45,135 bases of DNA from an uncultured Gemmatimonadota bacterium. Lineage in GTDB: Bacteria; SM23-81; DAOVCL01. Of the stretch, positions 39,517 through 45,135 are shown one piece after another. Numbering within the stretch: the stretch's first letter is position 1; every line of letters begins with the position of its first letter. A model generated the notes under the pieces. That model searched no databases and had not been told where the DNA came from. It saw only the letters and a program-made list of their open reading frames with translations. The stretch lies in contig CAZVGK010000028.1 of assembly GCA_964626665.1 (NCBI GenBank), positions 1-45,135 of the forward strand, in the 5' to 3' direction. The position numbers were made by a program, and so were the translations under genes.

Positions 39517-40160
39517 TCGACCTCCGCTGCCGCCAGGACCTGGTCCACAAAGGCCGGCTCCGGCAAGGCCCCCTCAAACTGCACCTTTTCATTTATGTCC
39601 ACCTTGGGAACGGCCTGCACGCGGTACCTATTGGAGAGATAGGGAAACTCGATGGCCTCGATCATATCAGCCACAATATGGTCGTTTTCCACCGCCAGCC
39701 GGTGGGCAAGCTGCACTGCCCGCGGGCAGTAGGGACAGGTAGGGGTGATAAAGACCTGGATATGCATCAGTTTATCCACAGTCTTTATCTTCCTCTTGCT
39801 GTCCGCGGAGAGGCCGGAATCCCGAAGCGATACCATAGAGATAGCCTCCAACAGGGACATAAACTCATACCCCGAGGGTATCCCATAGAACCTCATCCCG
39901 TAGTCCTTGGTCCCTTCTACGATGGTGGCGGGAATCTTATCCACCCCGTAGGCTGCGGCCTTTTCCTCGTCCACGGTGAAGTTGAAGGCCTGGAAACTGA
40001 GCTTGTCCGAAAGGGCGGTAACCTCCTCCAAAAGCCTGTGGGTCTGCTCACAATACTGGCACTCCAACTTCTGGGTGAAGAGGGTTAGCTTCACCTCGTC
40101 CTGCAACTTCTTGAACTCATCGCTGATGAACTTCTTATCCTCATCCTTGAGAAGATTCAT
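39513..40160 (-). CDS. Protein disulfide oxidoreductase (two thioredoxin folds; PDO/AhpF-NTD-like)
   Basis: CQYC and CPYC, GIPSGYEF, V.AVP and GALPE. Confidence 0.93.
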   Translation of the reverse strand: MNLLKDEDKKFISDEFKKLQDEVKLTLFTQKLECQYCEQTHRLLEEVTALSDKLSFQAFNFTVDEEKAAAYGVDKIPATIVEGTKDYGMRFYGIPSGYEFMSLLEAISMVSLRDSGLSADSKRKIKTVDKLMHIQVFITPTCPYCPRAVQLAHRLAVENDHIVADMIEAIEFPYLSNRYRVQAVPKVDINEKVQFEGALPEPAFVDQVLAAAEVE

Positions 40161-40587
40161 TGCTCCTCCTTTCTGTTGCTTTTTTGTGCAAAAGTCCCTT
40201 GATCATCGGCAGAGGTCGATGCCGTGACCTCCCCTTCTCTATCCTCCAGAGAAGGAGGAACCAACCGCCGGCAGAGAGGAGGCCAAGGGTAATGGAGACC
40301 CCCTGGGAGAACCCCGCCCACTGAGCAAGCCCAAACCCTAAGGAAAGGGCTACCAGGGGCATAAAGAGAAGGAGAAACGCGCTTCCGTAGGCCGAACCCG
40401 CGGGCATCTCCACGCTGACCACATCACCAACCTGTGCCTCCAGTGAATTAAGGACCTCGGTGTAGACCTTCTCGCCGCCCTGAATGCAGACATTGCGCAG
40501 AGAGCAGTGGGCACAGGCGTACTTCGGAGAAATGGCCACTTTGGCCATCTCTCCCTTTAATTCTACTATTATCCCTTCCTCCTCCAT
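40141..40587 (-). CDS. RseC/MucC family membrane protein
   Basis: MEEEGIIV, ACAHC....C, VGDVV.V and two transmembrane helices. Confidence 0.85.
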   Translation of the reverse strand: MEEEGIIVELKGEMAKVAISPKYACAHCSLRNVCIQGGEKVYTEVLNSLEAQVGDVVSVEMPAGSAYGSAFLLLFMPLVALSLGFGLAQWAGFSQGVSITLGLLSAGGWFLLLWRIEKGRSRHRPLPMIKGLLHKKATERRSNESSQG

Positions 40588-40698
40588 CTCTCATCCTCCC
40601 TAAAATCATACCAAGATAGTCAGAAAACTTCAAGGGGAAAATATCCCCAAAGGGGAAATTTATGAGGTGAAAGTTCCCCTCCATAAACACCGAGGTTG

Positions 40699-41493
40699 TC
40701 ATTTCATCCTCTGGCAATGGGGGCAAAAGTAGGTGCTCCGCCCTGACTGTCTGATCCTCTCTATGGGATGACCACAATTGGGGCAGGGTTCCTCTGCCCT
40801 CCCATATACCTGCAACAGCTTCTGATAATTGCCTTTACCCCCCTCGGTATCAAGATAATTGTCTATCGTGGTGCCCTTCTCCTGAACAGCCTTGCTTAAG
40901 ATGGCTTTCGTCTTGGCCGCCAGCCTATCGGTTTCCCCCCGGCTTAGGGTATTTGCCCTCCTTTGGGGATGGATGCCTGCGGAGAAGAGGATCTCTGCGG
41001 CATATATATTTCCTATCCCAGCAATCCTCCCCTGATCCATAAGGAATTCCTTTATCCTCCGCAAGCTCCTCCGGGTAATCTGATAGAGGTAACCCTCGTT
41101 GAATTCCGGGCTCAAGGGCTCAACCCCCAAACCGGAGAGCAGATTCAGGTCTTCACTTACCATAAGGGTGCCAAACCTACGCTGATCTATCCAGCAAAGG
41201 TCCCCCCCACTCATATGGAAAATGGCCCGCAGGTGCTTAAGAGAGTTTCCATCTATATGCCAGGAAAATTGCCCTGTCATCCGAGGGTGAGCTATCAGGT
41301 AGAGGGTCCCCCCAAAGCCAAAGATGATGTTCTTTCCTCTCCGCCGAAGCGAGGAAATAACTCCTCCTCTTATTCTCTCTATCGCTTGGCCCTGCAGCTT
41401 AGGGTCCAAAATATCCACCCCTTTCACCCTTTGGCCTAGAACCCTATTCCTTAATTGGCGGGTGATGGTCTCTACCTCGGGCAATTCAGGCAC
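40699..41493 (-). CDS. mutM: Formamidopyrimidine-DNA glycosylase
   Basis: (M)PELPEVET, RRGK, H.RMTG, D.RRFG, GIGNIYA.E and zinc finger CPNC...CPHCQ. GTG start at 41493 overlaps the 3' end of the Fur/PerR gene. Confidence 0.97.
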   Translation of the reverse strand: MPELPEVETITRQLRNRVLGQRVKGVDILDPKLQGQAIERIRGGVISSLRRRGKNIIFGFGGTLYLIAHPRMTGQFSWHIDGNSLKHLRAIFHMSGGDLCWIDQRRFGTLMVSEDLNLLSGLGVEPLSPEFNEGYLYQITRRSLRRIKEFLMDQGRIAGIGNIYAAEILFSAGIHPQRRANTLSRGETDRLAAKTKAILSKAVQEKGTTIDNYLDTEGGKGNYQKLLQVYGRAEEPCPNCGHPIERIRQSGRSTYFCPHCQRMK

Positions 41494-41905
41494 TCCCCTC
41501 CTCCTTTTGACATCTAGCACAGAGACCATAGAAGTAGGCTTGCACCATCTCTATCTTATGCCCATCAACATATCCCTTCTTTGTCCAGGGACAGTCCACT
41601 TCCACATCGTAGATATGCTGACAGCGGCGGCAGAAGAAGTGGTGGTGAGGTTCCGGCCTGGGGTCATAGTGCGCCTTTTCCTTCTCGATGGTGAGCTCCT
41701 GAATAATCCCTGCCTTCTTGAGCACCTGGAGCGTGTTGTAGACCGTGGCCTTGGAGAAGGTGGGATACTGACCCTTAAGGGCCTCATAGATCTCCTCCAC
41801 CGTAGGATGGGTGATGCTCTTCTCCAGATACTCCAAAACCACCAGCCTTTGGATGGTAGGGGCTATTCCCCTCTCTTTTAACCTCTCTATCCTCTTCTGA
41901 CACAT
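41486..41905 (-). CDS. Fur/PerR family transcriptional repressor
   Basis: T.QR..VL, HPTVEEIY, S.ATVYNTL, HHHFFCRRC..IYDV and GLCARC. The Asp after CxxC and the gene context favour PerR. Confidence 0.93.
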   Translation of the reverse strand: MCQKRIERLKERGIAPTIQRLVVLEYLEKSITHPTVEEIYEALKGQYPTFSKATVYNTLQVLKKAGIIQELTIEKEKAHYDPRPEPHHHFFCRRCQHIYDVEVDCPWTKKGYVDGHKIEMVQAYFYGLCARCQKEEGSA

Positions 41906-41926
41906 TTGTTAAGTTTCATTTTAAAT

Positions 41927-41963
41927 TTAGACTGAATATAAACCAAGAATTTTTCTCTGTCAA
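41927..41963 (-). promoter_or_regulatory. Sigma70 promoter with an overlapping Per/Fur-box-like site
   Basis: TTGACA (41963-41958)-17 nt-TATATT (41940-41935). TTAGACTGAATATAA at 41927-41941 matches the Bacillus Per box TTATAATnATTATAA at 11/14 positions. Confidence 0.7.
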
Positions 41964-41996
41964 GAACTTTTTTTAAATTTTTTTTTAAAAATATAA

Positions 41997-42143
41997 AAAT
42001 AGGGACACTTCCCATTTTTCTAAAGCGATTCTGTCAAAGTCTCCCATATCTTCCGTACTTCCATTAGACCGGGACTTGATTATTCCCCTTCTGAGTAGTA
42101 AAGTGCGGATAACCCATCTCCATAACCCTGCAATCCACGGCCT
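41997..42143 (-). pseudogene. Probable REP-associated tyrosine transposase (RAYT/Y1) N-terminal remnant
   Basis: Frameshifted P.IA/RV...GYPH..TQKGNN..PV* resembles the RAYT N-terminus MPR.AR....GYPHH.TQRGNNR..VF; followed by GGAAGTGTCCCTATTT. Confidence 0.4.
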
Positions 42144-42227
42144 ATGGGCACAATAAATAGAGAAGTCCACATCAGACAAAAATAGAGGAAGCATTCCCAA
42201 TTCTAATCAGTCCAGGAGATAAAAACC

Positions 42228-42256
42228 TTGACAGGTGAGATGTAATTCAATATTTT
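42228..42256 (+). promoter_or_regulatory. Possible promoter facing the cassette array
   Basis: TTGACA-17 nt-TATTTT. Confidence 0.4.
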
Positions 42257-42280
42257 TAAGTAAAGTTTCTGGGGGAACAG

Positions 42281-42366
42281 GTGGGGTCAGGTCTTGCTTT
42301 TTGCTACTTTCAGTTTACCCTCGCCGAATCCATCAAGCATAATTTCTATTTTTCAGCCTGACCCAC
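42281..42366. repeat. GGGTCAGG...CCTGACCC inverted-repeat element abutting the truncated intI
   Basis: gtggggtcagg at 42281 and cctgacccac ending at 42366. Confidence 0.55.
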
Positions 42367-42376
42367 ATCGTTCCTT

Positions 42377-42529
42377 CGGACCGTTCAGGAGGAGCTTCTC
42401 GGGCACAAGGACGTTAAGCTCACGATGATCTATACCCATGTTTTGAACCGCGGAGGGAAGGGGGTATGCAGTCCTGTTGACTCTCTGTTATCCAGTCAAA
42501 AGCGGGGGTGTTATAGGGAAACCATATAA
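42377..42529 (+). pseudogene. intI: Integron integrase IntI C-terminal remnant
   Basis: [35 protein letters not shown] matches the IntI box II and C-terminal tail. The 5' part is missing. Confidence 0.9.
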
Positions 42530-42545
42530 GCCGTAGTTAGCCCGC
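42505..42545 (+). other. Putative attI / first recombination point (GTTAGCC at 42536)
   Basis: GTTAGCCCGC right after intI is complementary to GCGGGCTAAC at the end of cassette 1. Confidence 0.65.
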
Positions 42546-42568
42546 TTATTGAAACAAAAGGAGATTCT

Positions 42569-42970
42569 ATGCAATTCAACTACGAATTTACCCGTTTGTT
42601 GGTCACGAACTTTCGCGCGTGCTTTATTTTTTATCGGGATGTGATGGGGTTTACGCCCGTATTCGGTACAGAAAACGATACTTACGCGGATTTTGACACG
42701 GGCACAATCCATATCGCCTTGTTCGATAAGAGTGAAATGGCTGCGGCAGTGGGTGCGGAAAAACTTCCGGCGGGTCAGGAAAGTCAAGATGCCGTTTGTC
42801 TGGTATTTGGTGTTGAGAGTGTAGACGAAGCCAGTGAGTATCTGCGGGCGAAAGGGGTTGTGTTGATCACAGAACCGACCGACCATGTGGATTGGGGCAT
42901 TCGAACCGCCCATTTTCGTGACCCAGACGGTAACTTGATAGAAATCAATCAGCCGATAGCGCGCGAGTAA
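42569..42970 (+). CDS. VOC / glyoxalase family protein (cassette 1)
   Basis: RLLV..F.....FYRDVMG, F.VESVD and WGIRTAHFRDPDGNLIEI; SD AAGGAG. Confidence 0.92.
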   Translation: MQFNYEFTRLLVTNFRACFIFYRDVMGFTPVFGTENDTYADFDTGTIHIALFDKSEMAAAVGAEKLPAGQESQDAVCLVFGVESVDEASEYLRAKGVVLITEPTDHVDWGIRTAHFRDPDGNLIEINQPIARE

Positions 42971-42979
42971 GATAGTGAG

Positions 42980-43234
42980 ATGAGTAAACAATCAAGGCGG
43001 CTGAAGAGGCCGCGATATGAGATGCCAGACTATGTTCGGGGAGCGTTGCTAGAGCATATATTGATGGAAGCGTATCGAGCGCGTCCTCCGTATCAGCAGA
43101 ATGACTACATTGGATGGATTACAAGGGCAAAGCGACTGGAGACCAGAGAGAATCGATTGGCGCAGATGTTGGTGGAGTTGGAACAGGGCGACAAGTACAT
43201 GAAGATGGACTATCGTCCGAAGCATCGGAGATAG
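42980..43234 (+). CDS. YdeI/OmpD-associated family protein (cassette 1, second ORF)
   Basis: MPDYV..AL, AY.ARPPYQQNDYIGWI..AKR.ETR..RL.QML.EL. Confidence 0.85.
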   Translation: MSKQSRRLKRPRYEMPDYVRGALLEHILMEAYRARPPYQQNDYIGWITRAKRLETRENRLAQMLVELEQGDKYMKMDYRPKHRR

Positions 43235-43276
43235 GTGGAGCGGCAGCGATGGTGTATGTTAAGTAGGAAAGGGGCG

Positions 43277-43367
43277 GGCTAACAATTCGCTTAAGCGGAC
43301 GCCGGAGGATGGGCGAAAATCAAATTGATGGGACGTGCTGGCACCGCTTAGCTCAAAGCCGTTAAGC
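43277..43367 (+). other. attC site of cassette 1
   Basis: R'' GGCTAAC, L arms GCTTAAGCGG / CCGCTTAGC, R' GTTAAGC. Confidence 0.88.
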
Positions 43368-43630
43368 TGCCTGCGGCGGCTTAACGGGGCGCGAGAATGA
43401 ACCATCCCGCGGTTGACCACCACAGGCGGCCTAACCTTGGGATGGAACCGACACCGCTGCGCGGCTTCACCTTCGCTCGCTTTGCTCTGGTCGAAAATCA
43501 TGCTCTCAATAATGTCCATTATTATACTTATCCCACGCGTATCTCTATATTGCTGATCGAGGATTTGAACCCAAGCTTTGCATGATTTTCTCCCGACGCA
43601 AAGTGCGGCTCATCTCGCCCCCCGTTAGCC
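43361..43630 (+). repeat. ORF-less cassette with long double-armed attC, copy 1
   Basis: Two R''-like boxes (43379-43385, 43429-43435), internal stem GAAAATCATGC/GCATGATTTTC, R' GTTAGCC at 43624. Repeated at 44226-44496. Confidence 0.8.
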
Positions 43631-43651
43631 GTATTGGAAAAGAGAGGTATC

Positions 43652-43936
43652 ATGAAAATACGGTATTATATTGATCCGGAGACAGGACTCCCTCACATTT
43701 ATAAGCATGCAGTATCTGAGGAAGAAGTAGAAGACGTTTTACAAGGACCTGGTGAAGATCGTCCAGGTCGAGAAGGGTCAAGAATAGCTATAGGTCGTAC
43801 TTCAAGTGGTCGCTATCTCCGCATAATATATGTACCAGATCCAAAACCAGAGAATATATTTGTCATCACTGCCCTTGAGTTGCGTGGTAAACCATTAACA
43901 GCATATCGTCGCCGCCGACGGAGGAAAACAAAATGA
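43652..43936 (+). CDS. BrnT/DUF4258-like toxin
   Basis: HIYKH.VSEEEVEDVL, GRT.SGRYLRIIY, VITA and basic tail; SD GAGAGG before ATG 43652. Confidence 0.7.
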   Translation: MKIRYYIDPETGLPHIYKHAVSEEEVEDVLQGPGEDRPGREGSRIAIGRTSSGRYLRIIYVPDPKPENIFVITALELRGKPLTAYRRRRRRKTK

Positions 43937-44133
43937 AACAGAGTAAATATCCACCAGGATGGGACGAGGAACGCGTAAAGCGTGTTCTTGCACATTACGA
44001 AGCTCAATCTGAGGAAGAGGCTGTTGCAGAGGATGAAGCAGCATTCGAGGCAGCAGGTCAGACTGTGATTGAGGTCCCCATCGAACTTGTACCGAAAGTT
44101 CGGGAACTTATTGCAAAACATCGAGTTGCTTGA
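43933..44133 (+). CDS. Putative antitoxin
   Basis: Small acidic ORF coupled (ATGA overlap) to the toxin-like gene; PPGWDEERV..VL.HYE.Q.EEEAVAEDE. Confidence 0.65.
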   Translation: MKQSKYPPGWDEERVKRVLAHYEAQSEEEAVAEDEAAFEAAGQTVIEVPIELVPKVRELIAKHRVA

Positions 44134-44138
44134 ATAAC

Positions 44139-44232
44139 AGCTAACAACTGGCTGCACCGGACCGCCAACTCTGTAGAGCCGAGTAGAAGATCATTTTCAT
44201 CTCATAGTCGGCGGTGAGCCAAGGCATTATGC
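44139..44232 (+). other. attC site of the TA cassette (R' degenerate: ATTATGC)
   Basis: R'' AGCTAAC, arms GGCTGCACCG / CGGTGAGCC; the R' box has A instead of G. Confidence 0.75.
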
Positions 44233-44496
44233 CGCCTGCGGCGGCATAATGGGGCGCGGAAATGAACCATCCCTCAATTGGTCGCCACAGGCGGCATAAC
44301 CTCGGGATGGAACCGACACCGCTGCGCGGCTTCACCTTCGCTCGCTTTGCTCTGGTCGAAAATCATGCTTTCAATAATGTCCATTACCATACTCATTCCA
44401 TGCGTATCTCTATATTGCTGACTGTGGATTTGAACCCAGGCTCTGCATGATTTTCTCCCGACGCAAAGTGCGGCACATTCCCGCGCCCCGTTATCT
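44226..44496 (+). repeat. ORF-less cassette with long double-armed attC, copy 2
   Basis: Colinear and highly similar to 43361-43630; R'' boxes GCATAAT and GCATAAC, R' GTTATCT at 44490. Confidence 0.8.
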
Positions 44497-44524
44497 GCAA
44501 GAAATGGGGAGTTAGCATACGAAG

Positions 44525-44941
44525 GTGGAACTAAAAATATCTGACGTCTTTGCCGAATCAGCGAACCGTCTTCCAAAAACCGCGAAGGCGAAGCTTATCA
44601 AGGTGTTCATGCTACTGACAAACAACCCAAGGCATCCCTCCCTGCATTTGAAGAAGATCCAAGGTTCTGCCCGCGATGACATCTACGAATGTCGAGTTGA
44701 CAAATCTTGGCGGTTAGTCGTTCAAGATCTTGGCGGTATGCTATTTCAGCTTGTTTACGTCGGTGCGCATGACGAAGCCATCGAGTACGGGGCAGTGGTG
44801 TGTGAGTCTGTAGCCCCGTACGCGAGTAGGCTACCTGCTCTCGAGCACGTTAAGTCGTATCTGGCCGGGGACAACAAAGCATTGAAGTTCAGGCAGATCG
44901 CTCTCCGAGAACTCTGTGCCTTTCTTGAAAATTATGAGTAA
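44525..44941 (+). CDS. RelE/ParE-fold toxin-like protein with C-terminal extension
   Basis: F..S...L, NPRHPSLHLKKI.G....YECRVDKSWRLV, YVG.HDE. Confidence 0.7.
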   Translation: MELKISDVFAESANRLPKTAKAKLIKVFMLLTNNPRHPSLHLKKIQGSARDDIYECRVDKSWRLVVQDLGGMLFQLVYVGAHDEAIEYGAVVCESVAPYASRLPALEHVKSYLAGDNKALKFRQIALRELCAFLENYE

Positions 44942-44947
44942 GAAGGC

Positions 44948-45073
44948 AGATAGCCGGTCGGTCAACCGGAGGCAAAACAGTTGGTTTCTTTCAAGGTTAT
45001 TAGTGCAATTCAGGTCGACTGCCTTTGTTAAGGGCTCTGGATTGTTTTGCCCCGGTTACCTCTGGCGTTATAC
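44948..45073 (+). other. attC site (R'' degenerate: AGATAGC)
   Basis: Arms GGTCAACCGGAGGCAAAACA / TGTTTTGCCCCGGTTACC, R' GTTATAC. The cassette starts with GTTATCTGC, so the expected R'' is GCAGATAAC. Confidence 0.8.
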
Positions 45074-45135
45074 CCTACAACGGATCTTCCAGAGGCGATT
45101 TCACCGTAACTCTCTGATGATTAAGAGGAAAACCC

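Larger units (their letters stand above)
42377..45135 (+). mobile_element. Integron cassette array with defective integrase, continuing past the window end
   Basis: intI remnant, five attC-like sites and short co-oriented cassette ORFs. Confidence 0.88.

Noticed and set aside
42488-42991. 167-aa minus-strand ORF and similar short overlapping ORFs throughout the window
   Set aside because: Antisense or out-of-frame shadows of well-supported genes.
43397-44450. Two similar 62-aa ORFs (43397-43585, 44262-44450)
   Set aside because: They lie within attC-like hairpins, lack a clear RBS, and many differences between the copies change amino acids. Treated as probably non-coding, though not excluded.
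43277-45073. Possible CRISPR array
   Set aside because: Repeats are long imperfect palindromes with RYYYAAC/GTTRRRY ends separated by genes, i.e. attC sites. No cas genes or regular spacers.

Overview
Bacterial chromosomal window, probably from an anaerobe (inferred from gene content), in three parts. (1) 1-10.7 kb holds housekeeping and signalling genes: smpB-amidase-murI, an internally deleted purL remnant coupled to a sigma-54 response regulator, an S9 peptidase flanked by inverted repeats, a REC-PAS protein, rpsT and tRNA-Leu(CAA). The intergenic spaces are full of nested REP-like palindromes. (2) 10.8-41.9 kb is a ~31 kb run of about 40 co-oriented minus-strand genes headed by a Fur/PerR repressor. 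It covers oxidative/nitrosative stress, iron storage and Fe-S repair: nine ferritin-fold proteins, superoxide reductase, Hcp, a flavodiiron protein, Hrb, peroxiredoxins and MutM. Its most unusual contents are an Nfu-TusA-DsrE-IscS-IscU module whose IscS has Asp in place of the PLP-binding Lys, a ferritin-like/PP2C phosphatase fusion, a ThiD-methyltransferase fusion and a rubredoxin-cupin fusion. (3) 42.3-45.1 kb is the start of an integron cassette array. It has a 3'-only intI remnant co-oriented with the cassettes, several attC sites, toxin(-antitoxin) cassettes and two copies of an ORF-less cassette whose long attC has two alternative left arms. All calls come from motif recognition by eye; no database searches were run.
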